Below, in pieces: positions 36,301-46,612 of a DNA stretch of 59,452 bases (position 1 is the stretch's first letter; the number at the start of each line of letters is the position of its first letter). Origin of the DNA: a virus (Duplodnaviria > Caudoviricetes); the IMG/VR virus record IMGVR_UViG_3300037961_003462, positions 1 through 59,452 of that record; one strand, 5' to 3'. Both the position numbers and the translations under genes were made by a program. Under the pieces are notes generated by a model. The model did no database searches. It worked only from the letters and a program-made list of their open reading frames with translations, and had not been told where the DNA came from.

Positions 36301-39300
36301 CAGATGATTTTTCAAAGAGTGCCTCTATATCTGAATTATCAAAACCCTTTGTGTCTATACCTGCGTCCTCTAACTGGGAGCGCATTTGCTTTATCTCTAT
36401 GTTCTTTAGTCTTAAATTTTGATTCGAAACATACTGCTCTACAACCTCCTGATTAAATATCTTTGGCATATCCACATGACCTGTTTTGCGATCAGGTTTT
36501 ATTGCCTTAAAACTTTCAACTATATTTTCTGCAATGGAAATATATTCGTCAATGTTTTCTACTAGCAATGGCTTTAGTTTGCCAAAAGATGCCGCTTCTA
36601 AACTTAGCTTGTTAGAAAACCCTACTCTCCTTGAAGATGATTTTACTCTCTTTCTTAGAATATTTGCCTTCTTTAATTTTTCATCAAATGCAGCATCCTC
36701 CAATACTTTCTCTACATAAGATTGAAACTCTATCAAGGACTTGGGGTTGTTTATGTTTAACCTTTGCAGCCTGCTTAATATTTTTGCGTGAGCCTTATTG
36801 GTTTTACTTATGCCAAGTTCCTTAAGTTCAGCCCTAATTTGCTTTATTACTTCATTTCGCTTTCTATTTGTATCTCCAGCTGCCCTACGAATGGCGATAT
36901 TTATTTCCTTAAGTTTTTTCTTAAGTTCAACAGCAGTATTAACAACTTTGGTTTTGCCAGGCTTCTCTAGCCTAGCCTCTGCTTTTTTAACGAATTGATT
37001 CATCAGCGTTTTAACACGCCCCTCTTGCTTTGCTTTTATTAGGTTATTTAGGAGAGTAGCATCAGGACCTATTAGATTCATCTTCTTACTGTTCATCCTT
37101 ACTAGCGTAGATAGTTCTCTGACTTTTGCACTTAGCGATTTGTCGCTTTCTAAAACCGCATTCACCTTCTTTTTGAATTCAGATACTATTTTAGCAGTCT
37201 CCTTATCAATAACCGGTGGCTCTGTTTTTTTCTTAACAGGAGTCTTCTTTTTGGGTTTGGCTTTTTGATCTGGTGCTTCTTCAGCAGGAGCCTCCTCTTC
37301 AACTACAGGCTCTTCAACTACAGGTTCTGCTTCTTCAGTGACTTCCACTTCTTCAGTAGTCTCTTTCCTCTCAACCTTTCTAGCCTTCACCACTTTACCA
37401 CCTTTACGCTTACCCTTTCTAGCTAGCCTTGCATCAACCTTTATTTTCGTCTTGGCATCTGCCACTCTTTGCCTCAACCTCTGCGTTACATCATTTATCT
37501 GTTGTTCACTTAGGCTATCCAAGTCTAAAAGAGCGTATTGATATGCTATTTCTTCTGCTATATTGCCAGTGAATGTTTTGTTTTGACCATTCTCGTCTGT
37601 CAACGTTACTGACTTTACATTGCCATTTTTATCTAATGTTATTGCAGAATTTATATCAGAGTAGTTGTTAGTATATGACTTGCCCTGTACATTTACAGAG
37701 CCATTTTCAGCAACATTTATTGAGGCAGGCGAAATGCCTAGTTCTGACAAACTACTGTCTATCAATTGTTCAATATTACCAATTTCTGTTTTTTTGGTTA
37801 CGCCATTTTCTACATATTGGAATACTACCGTGTCACCATCTAGTTTAAGTTCTCCTATTGCACCGTCTTTTTCAAAAAGATTCCTAGACAATAAGGCCTC
37901 ACCAAAACTTCCTGGGATTAAATTATCCAAGTCTTCGCCCTCAATGGGAGCCTTTAAATCTGAAAGTCTGTCAAGGCCAACAGGAACAACTTCACCCAAG
38001 CCCTCTTTTTTCTCGAAGGACATTTTTGAATCTAAAATTATTTTAGACTCGGCATCAACCAACTGGTCTATTAATCTATTCCTATTGTCTTTCTCTATTT
38101 TCTTCTCTCGTATAAATCTATCTCCCTCTTCCCTTGATACTAAATATTTTTTTCTTCTTAAAAGACCGGATCTTGATTGAGTATAATCAACACCAAATCG
38201 AGGCTCGTTTTCAAGCAAGTAACTTCCATCTTCCTGCCTTGCATTTTCTAATTCTTGTATTTCTGAATCAATTCTACTAACAGCTTCCTTCTCTCGTTCA
38301 ATGGTAGATTTTTGAGCATTTCTTCGATTTTCTCTCTCCCTGATTTTTTGTTGTCTTGTTTCATAACTATACACTTTTAACATTGATGTTTGCTCGACCT
38401 TTTTACCAATCAGCTGGATTGTTCTTTGGTCGATTAAGCTTTGCGTTTCGGAATCATTTATAACTTCGTACTCGGCACGATTGATAGCGTTCTTATTGTT
38501 GTTTTCAAAAAAGCTCAAAATGGTTTCCTTATCCACCACCTTCTCGTTAAGGATATATGCCGTTTCACCATCTTGTTTAGCTATTTCAGAAACTGCTATT
38601 GCTTCAGCAGACTCTCTAAGTAACTTTGCTCTTAATTCGTTTCTTTCTTTTGTTACTGCATTACTTGTGGCGGCAGCTTCGGCATCTAATCTTTGAGCCT
38701 TCATCTCTAGCCTGTAAGCATATGCAATAGACTCAGGAGACTTTAACTTAGGAGATAACTTATTTAATGCTCTATCCGCTAGTTCTAAATCGGATTCTAA
38801 CCTACCCTTTAGGGCTGAGTTAATTATACCTTTTCTTTCTAGGGTTGCTATAGCCTTCAAAGACTCATCTTTGTTTTTGGCTGCGATCATCATCAAATCA
38901 TCTATATCAGTTTTAGATGCTGAATTAAAATTTGATATGTCATTTACTTTGCCAACTCCTCCACCACCAAAACCAACAATAAATGATATTAAGGCTGTTT
39001 CTTTGGTTTCTTCAGAGGACCTTCTAAGGGGCTCAATTTCTTTTTTATTCATAGCCGTGGCTAATGAATGATATCCTAACTGAAGTCCATGCTCAAGGTA
39101 TGTTTCTTCTATCGTTTCAAGAGTACCTTCTTTTATCGCACCTTTTAAAAACTTTGATGTGGCTTCTTTCAGCGTAATCCGAGCAGCTTCTTTGCCACCC
39201 ATTTTACCAGCTGACGCTCTAACAATAGGAGACATTGTTGTGCCTAGTCCAACTAAATTTTTCTCAAGGCCACCAAACATCATATTTAAGTAACCAACCC

Positions 39301-42076
39301 CAATACTTACAGTAGAGGCATATGTGTTTGCCTCATCTTCATCGAACCCATAACTCAACGCTTCTGTTCTAAGGCCATTATACATTTGACCAGCCACAAT
39401 ACTAGCAGACGGAGCATACGTTAAAACTTTCCTGCTTGCCTTTGACAAGTAACTAGCCCCCTTTGGAAGTAATGAAGAACCCTTAATCGCCGTAGTTCCT
39501 ATGCCTCCTCCAACTGCAAGAATCACTAAGTCGGCAACAGTTCTATTTACTCCTGATGCAACACCAGTCCATCTAGGATTATACCAATTTCTAGCCTTAG
39601 TTGCCTTGTCAGTAAACCCTTCGTAGTTTCTATATATATCCTCCTTTACCTTCTTGGTTTCAGCTATAGACGGTATGCTAAAGTCAGATTTTAATATTCT
39701 GTTTATTTCTCCAGACTGGGAATCAAAAAACACCTTGTATCCGTCATGGTTAACGTATCCATCATACACGGGCACTCTTCGCCTGTCGGCCAATATGTCT
39801 GTAGAAGAATTAATGTTGTCTTGAATGTCACCCAAGCCGTCAATCATAGCGTTGGATATATTGTTTACGGCTTCGTCAGCACTACTACCCAATCCCAAAA
39901 TACTAGCAGTCCCTGTAACACCTCTTACCACTCCTGACAAGTTTTGAGTTGCAACTTGCCCTAGTCCTAAAGACGTATTCAAAACACTAGCACCCAAGTT
40001 AACGCCAAATCTCAATGGGGACTCTATGATATCAGGCAAATCATCAAATCTTTTTCTTAACCTGTCAGATTCTTCATCTAACTGTCTTAAATAATCAAAG
40101 CGAGGAGAATCAATTAAGTTGTATGAAACGTCTTCTAGCTGCTCTAACTTTTCTCTGGCTTGTTCTGCTCCAGATCCGTTACCAGCTAAAATAGACGCAG
40201 AATATAAATCTGAATAATACTGATAATACTTTGCTATTTGATTTTGAATTTTATCATATTTTTCAAGTTCCGACTCTTTTTGTTTTACCAATTTATAAGT
40301 GCTTTGATATTTAACCTCATCAGAAAAATTTAACATATCTAAATCCTGACTTAAGTAGTCGCTGTCCTCATTAACATAGTCAGAAATCCTGTCAGCGGTT
40401 TGCTGCCTCTGACCTTTCGGGAAAAAATACCCGTCTCTTGCAACGGATATTAATTCATCTATACTATAGTCGGCATCCTGAAGAAAAAATCCATCTACAA
40501 ATGGGTTCATTTCCAATTCAAGCATTTCTTCGCCATACCTTACCCGCATACCAAAACCTGTTTCAGGGTCTTCCTCCACTGCACTATATGCCGCTCCTTT
40601 ACCCTTGTATTTAGTTCCAGCCTTTAGCCTTGAAAGCAACTCTTCCACTTCAATAAAATCCTTCAGTTGAGGGACTTCTTCAGCAACTCTTTTTTGAAGC
40701 AAGTATCCAAACATTTCCTGCTTATTATTCGCAACAACTGTTTTTTCTTCTCCTGTTACAGGGTCTATGATTTCCATTTTGTACATATCCCTATCACTGC
40801 TTGTTCTTATGACATCAGGAAGCGTGTTAACATAATCTGTAACAGATTGCTCTATTCTGTCTATCTCATCCTCCACCGCTCCCTCGTCCTTACTCAAGTT
40901 GACTAATCTATCAAGTTCATTTATAACTTGAGCCATTTCGTATTGGCCAATGTATTCGGAATCAAAATCCAAATTTGTCTGTCCTCTAGCAAATTGATCT
41001 AGTTCATATTTACTTTTCAATGTTACGGTTTCAACAGGCCCTAATTCCTCCTTACCGGTTTGAGCATTTACAGAGACCTTTCTAGCATCTATGTTCACAA
41101 TCATATTGCCTGAATTGTCTCTAGATATTCCCGTGCCTGTTGTCGGAAGTGTTGAATCAGTTTCGTATACCTCCCCATTGATGGTATATCTTTTACCAGG
41201 CGTTTTTGCAGACTCTACGGCTTGGTTTATGTTAAAGTCATCTGTGTCATATATTCTTTCTGCTGTATTAAAAGGAACAAAACCTTGAGCGGTTAATTGT
41301 TGCGTTTCTAATTCATCACCATCTTCGAAATCAAAAGCAGGCTGAACTGATGATGCTCTTTGAAATTGACTTGATTGAATTCCTCCCGCCTGCGACCTAA
41401 AACCTGCCGTAGATTGAAATGATGTTACATTTCCAAGTTTATCTCTAAACATAACGGGTGCATCATATCTTAGTCCAGCACCATCTTGGCTTTGGTCATA
41501 GCTTTCTTTAAATGGCTTTTCTTGAGCCCAAGACAAAACATCTGACACTACACTCTGAACCCTGTTGTTCCTTTCATCACCTCTCATGCCTAACCCAACA
41601 CCAGCATAGTCAAATGTAGAAACAACTTCTCCTTGAGGAGTTTTCACATCAAACATATGCTTACCTGATTTGGAAAAAGATAAGGTTGATATTCTATTTC
41701 TAGATTCCTCATCTAGTATACTATTGCTAGACAAGTCACTCATTAATTCTTCTAAATCCTTTAGTGCATCATCAGTGTATCTATTTTTAGATACCATTTC
41801 AATTCTGTCCGGAAGAGAAAATTGAACCCCCATGTTGTTGTCAACCCTTACTTGATTTGGTTTTAGTGCTAGTGGAGTTACCCCCTTAGTGGCATATGAC
41901 GCAAGGAATTGATCTAAACTTCCGTCGTAAAGATTATTAGAAACCAATTTATTGTAGACCTTTTCATATGCCCTTGAATTATTAAACTGATTTCCAAAAT
42001 CTGCTTGGGTCATGTCTAATAACCCATGAGTGTTCATAAACTTATATAAGCTTTTAGCTTCTGGGGATATTGCCAT
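33317..42076 (-). CDS. Giant internal virion (ejection) protein, 2919 aa
   Basis: Last gene of structural operon; helical, Gly-rich hydrophobic segments, E/P/K-rich linker near 37200-37450. Confidence 0.65.
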   Translation of the reverse strand: MAISPEAKSLYKFMNTHGLLDMTQADFGNQFNNSRAYEKVYNKLVSNNLYDGSLDQFLASYATKGVTPLALKPNQVRVDNNMGVQFSLPDRIEMVSKNRYTDDALKDLEELMSDLSSNSILDEESRNRISTLSFSKSGKHMFDVKTPQGEVVSTFDYAGVGLGMRGDERNNRVQSVVSDVLSWAQEKPFKESYDQSQDGAGLRYDAPVMFRDKLGNVTSFQSTAGFRSQAGGIQSSQFQRASSVQPAFDFEDGDELETQQLTAQGFVPFNTAERIYDTDDFNINQAVESAKTPGKRYTINGEVYETDSTLPTTGTGISRDNSGNMIVNIDARKVSVNAQTGKEELGPVETVTLKSKYELDQFARGQTNLDFDSEYIGQYEMAQVINELDRLVNLSKDEGAVEDEIDRIEQSVTDYVNTLPDVIRTSSDRDMYKMEIIDPVTGEEKTVVANNKQEMFGYLLQKRVAEEVPQLKDFIEVEELLSRLKAGTKYKGKGAAYSAVEEDPETGFGMRVRYGEEMLELEMNPFVDGFFLQDADYSIDELISVARDGYFFPKGQRQQTADRISDYVNEDSDYLSQDLDMLNFSDEVKYQSTYKLVKQKESELEKYDKIQNQIAKYYQYYSDLYSASILAGNGSGAEQAREKLEQLEDVSYNLIDSPRFDYLRQLDEESDRLRKRFDDLPDIIESPLRFGVNLGASVLNTSLGLGQVATQNLSGVVRGVTGTASILGLGSSADEAVNNISNAMIDGLGDIQDNINSSTDILADRRRVPVYDGYVNHDGYKVFFDSQSGEINRILKSDFSIPSIAETKKVKEDIYRNYEGFTDKATKARNWYNPRWTGVASGVNRTVADLVILAVGGGIGTTAIKGSSLLPKGASYLSKASRKVLTYAPSASIVAGQMYNGLRTEALSYGFDEDEANTYASTVSIGVGYLNMMFGGLEKNLVGLGTTMSPIVRASAGKMGGKEAARITLKEATSKFLKGAIKEGTLETIEETYLEHGLQLGYHSLATAMNKKEIEPLRRSSEETKETALISFIVGFGGGGVGKVNDISNFNSASKTDIDDLMMIAAKNKDESLKAIATLERKGIINSALKGRLESDLELADRALNKLSPKLKSPESIAYAYRLEMKAQRLDAEAAATSNAVTKERNELRAKLLRESAEAIAVSEIAKQDGETAYILNEKVVDKETILSFFENNNKNAINRAEYEVINDSETQSLIDQRTIQLIGKKVEQTSMLKVYSYETRQQKIRERENRRNAQKSTIEREKEAVSRIDSEIQELENARQEDGSYLLENEPRFGVDYTQSRSGLLRRKKYLVSREEGDRFIREKKIEKDNRNRLIDQLVDAESKIILDSKMSFEKKEGLGEVVPVGLDRLSDLKAPIEGEDLDNLIPGSFGEALLSRNLFEKDGAIGELKLDGDTVVFQYVENGVTKKTEIGNIEQLIDSSLSELGISPASINVAENGSVNVQGKSYTNNYSDINSAITLDKNGNVKSVTLTDENGQNKTFTGNIAEEIAYQYALLDLDSLSEQQINDVTQRLRQRVADAKTKIKVDARLARKGKRKGGKVVKARKVERKETTEEVEVTEEAEPVVEEPVVEEEAPAEEAPDQKAKPKKKTPVKKKTEPPVIDKETAKIVSEFKKKVNAVLESDKSLSAKVRELSTLVRMNSKKMNLIGPDATLLNNLIKAKQEGRVKTLMNQFVKKAEARLEKPGKTKVVNTAVELKKKLKEINIAIRRAAGDTNRKRNEVIKQIRAELKELGISKTNKAHAKILSRLQRLNINNPKSLIEFQSYVEKVLEDAAFDEKLKKANILRKRVKSSSRRVGFSNKLSLEAASFGKLKPLLVENIDEYISIAENIVESFKAIKPDRKTGHVDMPKIFNQEVVEQYVSNQNLRLKNIEIKQMRSQLEDAGIDTKGFDNSDIEALFEKSSDILSKLKSEEETKEGITNKKQISVVEALARSFNIYKKNLMIEAKKRSKDGKGDVDFDLIKRFMEVDLTMFSSPKNRAFVITAVNQMNNFYENGDTSGMLATVAAYEGYMAAKKDLADGIRGRKSSMLGRVYSKIVNQVNLEFERAFGGINEGQTVADNSGFTGIKNGKNKAVARVNRKFKEFNKLRGSKGVNIGKYASAYNSFEQGMAGFVTRVDHGMKKEEAFKRRKSLVEQALEVEKNTDQKLYKVLKRVYDNVIKDSNSIEEVEAKMDPKNLEILNFGRKAFAEEYGGFLKMNENLRNKTIGFDLNYISDVFYSKAAKQVSSASKFNRINHDSRASASFEAKRPYKLDLDQSINFNFGEVFYNKLNEIAIDTETAESIFRATAYTDSPEFATMSGSKETQNRIVEAITGYTSRIKGNDVYSSSIDGDLASAVRLITDPLYKTGYAIALVGFGQPVKQLASAIFNTIPQAGRYISGRDTAALFNPKSRLSKKLDDSGMAVVNRGEDAIYEVSSEQKVANELSSGRRVVRVASKLLNFIPEHALKLSVGVVDTYGARIALLAFYKKSLKKQGLPYGNIDWETHEWNQEALSYADMMVSRNQAPSDKDLRGVLFTKKGFGYDILRKNFIPFSNFTMAQKARFYSDIRQLVDPSTTIADRTQALQSATGVALEMVTYHGINIAIGAKIASMVASMIGFEDDEDETIDILGFDVSKKMVEEGVNRLGRTFVIDILNPIPLGSNYALQTANVVIKELSQDEEDYFTIYDPNQFSFFGTGGIAVKTLLSVIETNRMANTGEYEYTNKFTGKKETGKISPESQHALKNLAILQGMSFLGMPVEVNRYVEKVKSYAKKMGEDHKFSDVYIERIYADVLEQFDMTVEDLKPYVAYNINSDGTINNKIKADKDYDEETLNYLLIHDRNEYDTYQAIKKAMEEAEYENRKLKTIDKALQDYSLEYIYSLKLYYPDQYEDLKKEYKFIDDMVNEYIERRDMTID

Positions 42077-42081
42077 TTCTA

Positions 42082-43653
42082 TTATTCTAAGTTAGTTAGT
42101 GGGTCTGTAGCGTTAGGATTCGCCTGCGGGCCTACTACTGGATTATATCTATCTTGTGGGAATGCGAAATTCTGAACATTTCTAGGATTTACACTATAAT
42201 TTATAGAAGCAAGGTTATTAGCATAATTATAAAGCCCTAATGAATTAAGCAAATTCTCACCTAACTCAGTTAATGATTCTGAATTATTAAGCGGTGTTTT
42301 ATTAACGCCTAGTATTCCGCCTGTGGACGGATTTATAAGTTCGAAAGTGTAGTCATCTCTTCCTTCCAATATATTCAAACTTACTCCCTGCCCCCTCATT
42401 ACTGTTTTAATCTTAGAAAGGCCATCCGTCATCATAGCAGCGTCTCCACTAGCCAACATCTCTAGACCCTCGGTAAGTTGATTGACGATTCCAAGCTCTT
42501 TAGCTCTTTCATTTCTATCTGCCACTTGTTGTGCGTTATAGCCTTGTTTTTGCTCTGCTATAATTTGCTTGCCAATCCTAGCATCAATCATCATACTTCC
42601 TGCATCGTGCATTAGTTTTCTGTGTACAGGTAGTATTTCTATATCAATAATTGCTCCTTGATCTGTCTCATTGCCATACATGAGCACTTTTGTGCTACGT
42701 AACTTGGCATCTAAAGAAACCAATTGCCTATCAATACTAGCAACCTCCTCTTCCGATAGCCCTTCTTGCTCTTTGCGAATAAGTAAATCTGCTATTTCAG
42801 ATGAAGTGCTCATATACTCATCAGCAGACCTTCTTGCCTCTTCCCTGTCTCTAGTAAAGCCAAACTGAGATTCTGAATACTGTTGAGATAAAAAGTCTGA
42901 TATCTCCAAATTATCAAGAGAGCTTAATTTTCTATACATATTATCTACCGCAGCAGGCACGATGGAGGCGTATTCACCAGGTGCATTAGTTATTAGTTTT
43001 CCTGCCGAAGTTATTTCAGAATCAAACATTGCATCGAAGTCGGTTTCTCTCAAAACTTCCCTATTCATGATGCTACTCATATATAGAGGTGTTTTCTTGT
43101 CTACAAGATTTCCGTCAGCATCAAACTTTATCTCACCATTTTCATCTGTCCCAACAAGCATTATTTCCCCCGTGGTGGGGTTTTGGAAAAATGTGTTTTT
43201 CTGTAAAAAGTCATTGTTGATGTACAGGTCTGATAAAAATATATCTAATTCATGTATGCCATCTTCTTGTAGTTCTTTTGCTCGGTCTTGGATTCTCTTT
43301 GACATCTGATGGATATGGTCAATTGAAGCCTTGCTGTTTTGAACAAATTTATTGTAGTTAGATACGCTTGTTCCTCCAGTTCTCCTTAGGTTTTCTTGAA
43401 AACTTATGTTTTCTAATATTTGATCTGTAGCTCCTAAAAGATGGTCGTTAAGTTGGTCAATAGCACCCATCCCTATGTCGGACCTAGCGGCCTCAATAGC
43501 AAGTCGAGTGTTTTCTTCTATCGTCTTCTTCTTCTCCTCTCTTTCCTTAGATATTCGCTCAAGTTCAGTATTTACCTCTTGACGTATACTTCTGAAATCT
43601 ATATTAGGGGAGTAACCCGTTACCTTATCTAATCCGTAATAACTTCTAGCCAT
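42082..43653 (-). CDS. Internal virion (ejection) protein
   Basis: Helical 523-aa protein in podovirus core-gene position. Confidence 0.55.
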   Translation of the reverse strand: MARSYYGLDKVTGYSPNIDFRSIRQEVNTELERISKEREEKKKTIEENTRLAIEAARSDIGMGAIDQLNDHLLGATDQILENISFQENLRRTGGTSVSNYNKFVQNSKASIDHIHQMSKRIQDRAKELQEDGIHELDIFLSDLYINNDFLQKNTFFQNPTTGEIMLVGTDENGEIKFDADGNLVDKKTPLYMSSIMNREVLRETDFDAMFDSEITSAGKLITNAPGEYASIVPAAVDNMYRKLSSLDNLEISDFLSQQYSESQFGFTRDREEARRSADEYMSTSSEIADLLIRKEQEGLSEEEVASIDRQLVSLDAKLRSTKVLMYGNETDQGAIIDIEILPVHRKLMHDAGSMMIDARIGKQIIAEQKQGYNAQQVADRNERAKELGIVNQLTEGLEMLASGDAAMMTDGLSKIKTVMRGQGVSLNILEGRDDYTFELINPSTGGILGVNKTPLNNSESLTELGENLLNSLGLYNYANNLASINYSVNPRNVQNFAFPQDRYNPVVGPQANPNATDPLTNLE

Positions 43654-43659
43654 AATAAT

Positions 43660-44499
43660 TTATTCTAAAAATGATGGTGTTTCTTGAAGAGTACCTGGAA
43701 GAATCATTCCTGAACTACCAGCGATATCAATTGTAGTCGCCCCGGTAACATCATACGGAGATGTTATGGAAGGTGCTCCAAACTTTAATAAATCTCTCAA
43801 TTGTCGATTAGGTAATGCTTGAAACGCCTCTAGCCTTTGTCTACTATTCATTTCAAATACTTGATTCCCCAATATTGATGCCATGGCCTTGGGGTCATTT
43901 TGAAACTCTAGAAACGCCTCTCTTCCAAGACGCTCTTGCCTGGTAGACGATTCTAGTCTTGTAAAATCTGCCCCTTGTGTGCCCAAAGATGCCAATCCTG
44001 ATAATGAATCAGAAATAGCTTTTGCTCTAGCAGTGCCTGCCTGTATAGCCGCAGCAGATGCCCCCTGAGCTTCTGCTAGTTCAATTTCTCCTAAAGCGTC
44101 AATGTTAGCCTGCTCTTGTTTTAGTATGGCCTGCTCTCTAGCTATCTCTTGTTGCTCCATGCCTGCCATAATGTTCATTTGTTGTTCCGTAGCCTGCGCC
44201 TGAACTGCTTGTATGCCTCCTAGAACACCTCTAGCCCCAGCAGATTGCAGAGCATCAACTGACTGTGCTGTTAAGGATTGCTGCCTCCTCAATGATTCAT
44301 CAAAGGCAAATGTTCTAAGTCTAGCCTCCTCTGCTACATTTCTAGTAAGAAGGTTTCTAGCTTGAGCCATTGCTCTAGAGGATGCCCTTTGCGCCCTTTT
44401 CTGTTCTTTTTTTAATTTAGCCGCTTGAGCCCCGCCACCTACGGTTTGACCGGCTGATAATGCCAATCCTATTCCTGCCGCTACTACTTCGAATCCCAT
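43660..44499 (-). CDS. Internal virion (ejection) protein, T7 gp14-like position
   Basis: N-terminal Gly/Ala hydrophobic helix and A/Q-rich coiled coil. Confidence 0.6.
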   Translation of the reverse strand: MGFEVVAAGIGLALSAGQTVGGGAQAAKLKKEQKRAQRASSRAMAQARNLLTRNVAEEARLRTFAFDESLRRQQSLTAQSVDALQSAGARGVLGGIQAVQAQATEQQMNIMAGMEQQEIAREQAILKQEQANIDALGEIELAEAQGASAAAIQAGTARAKAISDSLSGLASLGTQGADFTRLESSTRQERLGREAFLEFQNDPKAMASILGNQVFEMNSRQRLEAFQALPNRQLRDLLKFGAPSITSPYDVTGATTIDIAGSSGMILPGTLQETPSFLE

Positions 44500-44500
44500 A

Positions 44501-44878
44501 TTATATAATTTTTACTAATTCTTGCTGATAATCACCTTTATTATAGCCTAAATCCACATACCTCTCGACCAATGAATTGCTACTTATCACCCCGTACATA
44601 ACTTCAACGCCATTGTCTTTTGCTATTTGTTCTAGCGAAAGAATAACATTGTTTATTATCTCACCCCTGTCATCTTCTCTGTAGTTTTTGTCTGTTACTA
44701 TCCAATTAGCCCAAGCTAATTTTGAGTTGGTTAAATACAAAAACCCCGCAGCAACTTCATTTACCACAACACCTATATCGGGTAACATATTTTTGCTTGG
44801 ATATTGAGACCAACCCCAATCTTTCCACCAACCACATAACATTTCGTAATCAGAGTCATTAACGAGCCGAATATCCAT
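44501..44878 (-). CDS. GNAT-fold acetyltransferase-like protein
   Basis: VAAGFLY...LEQIAKDNG...YVDLGY; T7 gp13-like position. Confidence 0.65.
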   Translation of the reverse strand: MDIRLVNDSDYEMLCGWWKDWGWSQYPSKNMLPDIGVVVNEVAAGFLYLTNSKLAWANWIVTDKNYREDDRGEIINNVILSLEQIAKDNGVEVMYGVISSNSLVERYVDLGYNKGDYQQELVKII

Positions 44879-44888
44879 ACTCGCTAAG

Positions 44889-45734
44889 TTACGGATTACT
44901 TTTCATTTTGTCCGTTTCTATAGCATACAGCTCAATAAGTGCTTGAGAGTCCATGTCTATTTTAGTAATCATATAGTGACCTGTTAGTCCATGAGACTCG
45001 TCATCTGTTGCAGGATCTGGAACAGAGTATATAAAATTACCACTAGATGCCGCTGACCCTCCTGTTGTTGTTATGGTGGTAGTCGTGCCTGATTGTGTAA
45101 TCGCAGTAACAGTTCCCAAGAACGTGGGAGTTTGGTTTGGCGTTTCAACAGCGTTGCCATCGTTGTCTAAATCAGTCAATGTTCCAGACGTTAATATCCT
45201 GTCGCCTATGCCAACCATACTATTTATACTCGCCAAGTCAAATTGTATACTATTCGCTACAGTATTGGCGTTACAAACACCTATACCTTGAGCAAACCGC
45301 ATATCCACCTGAGTATCTGTTATGGGCTGTCTTATGTATGAGTAGAATGAGTTTTCTTTCTTCTCGAACTGGTCAGAGCCCACAGTCCCATTGTGAAGGT
45401 CAGTAGTTGTAGTTGCCGCCAATGATCCTCCAACAGGAACGGTAGCACTAACCCTAATGGCCTTATATATATCAGCCTCTATTGGCTTTTCGTTAAATAC
45501 AGTTTCTATGTATGGAGTAGTAAACGGAGTAATACTTGTGTCTCCGTCTGTGTTCTCCTCTAAATAAAATGTAGCCCTTAGGCTTGCCTTTTGGTTGTGT
45601 ATGTTGATGTTGCCATTCTTAAACGTAAAGAAGTCGCTATTCATCCCAATCATAAATTCAGGATTGTACCCATAAAATGAAGGCCACCCCCCTCTATCCG
45701 GTAAACTAGGGCTATATGTTACTGTGTACGCCAT
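44889..45734 (-). CDS. Tail protein resembling the C-terminal part of nozzle/muzzle proteins
   Basis: TVTYS...GWPSFYGYNPEFMIGMNSDFFTFKNG...TVFNE...FEKKENSFYSYI. Confidence 0.6.
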   Translation of the reverse strand: MAYTVTYSPSLPDRGGWPSFYGYNPEFMIGMNSDFFTFKNGNINIHNQKASLRATFYLEENTDGDTSITPFTTPYIETVFNEKPIEADIYKAIRVSATVPVGGSLAATTTTDLHNGTVGSDQFEKKENSFYSYIRQPITDTQVDMRFAQGIGVCNANTVANSIQFDLASINSMVGIGDRILTSGTLTDLDNDGNAVETPNQTPTFLGTVTAITQSGTTTTITTTGGSAASSGNFIYSVPDPATDDESHGLTGHYMITKIDMDSQALIELYAIETDKMKSNP

Positions 45735-46612
45735 TATAGTTCTGTTAGCATGGTTAATAATTCTTCCTGTGGGAACATATCACTCTTGCCCTTGTTGGTG
45801 TTAGAATGCGACCAAAGGCCCCTAACAAGCCCATAGTAAGCGTCCTGATTCCATTCGAAGGCATCAGCTCCCTTTTCTTTTATAAGGGCAGGGAGGCCCT
45901 CTCTGACATCTATGTTGTCTCTGTTTGCTATGTACAGGATTAAGTCTCTAAGAGATTTAATCTGAGCATCAGAATATTTATGCCAAAACTTATAGCCCTT
46001 GAAGGGCTTTGCGAGTTCAACTACCTGCTCTTCGTGAACAGTATGCCCAGCGTATGTCTTGCCATTCTTCAAGTATCCGAAGTTGCATACCTCAATGCCT
46101 ACGCTGTTTGTATGCATCTTTTGCTTCCCGTTCTTCCCCAAATGCCACGCATACCCCCCATCAGGAATACATCTGACAATCTCACCATCGTTCTCAAAGT
46201 CTGTATTAAATATTGATGGGCCTCCAATAAGAAACTCGGTAGCGATACGCCCTCTAGAATCTCTTGCCCAATTATTCACAGTTCTGTATGGATTCTGCCA
46301 CCCAGCCGTGTGGTGAATAAACAGCCATTCCTTTTTAGTAGGCCCTTCTAAGTATTCACCCTTAGGCAAGAAGTGGTTGTTGATTACTATGTCGTGAGTT
46401 CCACCTATCGTCTCTTGCCTATCTGTTGTAAGTCCAAATAGTTTTGACCAAGTGATAGGCCCTACAATACCATCAACATCTAAGCCTTCTTCTCGCTGAA
46501 ATCTCATGACTTCAAACTCTGTCACGGGGCCAAAAATGCCATCAGCATCAATATCGAGTTCTCGCTGAATCTGTCTTACCTCTTCTCCCTTATCTCCTTT
46601 TCTTATTAGCAT
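45734..46612 (-). CDS. Endolysin: peptidoglycan-binding domain plus N-acetylmuramoyl-L-alanine amidase
   Basis: DGIFGP/DGIVGP PG-binding repeats; HHTAG, SVGIEV, HSN...KSD zinc-amidase motifs. Confidence 0.9.
   Translation of the reverse strand: MLIRKGDKGEEVRQIQRELDIDADGIFGPVTEFEVMRFQREEGLDVDGIVGPITWSKLFGLTTDRQETIGGTHDIVINNHFLPKGEYLEGPTKKEWLFIHHTAGWQNPYRTVNNWARDSRGRIATEFLIGGPSIFNTDFENDGEIVRCIPDGGYAWHLGKNGKQKMHTNSVGIEVCNFGYLKNGKTYAGHTVHEEQVVELAKPFKGYKFWHKYSDAQIKSLRDLILYIANRDNIDVREGLPALIKEKGADAFEWNQDAYYGLVRGLWSHSNTNKGKSDMFPQEELLTMLTEL

Noticed and set aside
37296-37325. 15-bp tandem repeat
   Set aside because: Encodes a PVVEE duplication in a low-complexity linker; ordinary slippage.
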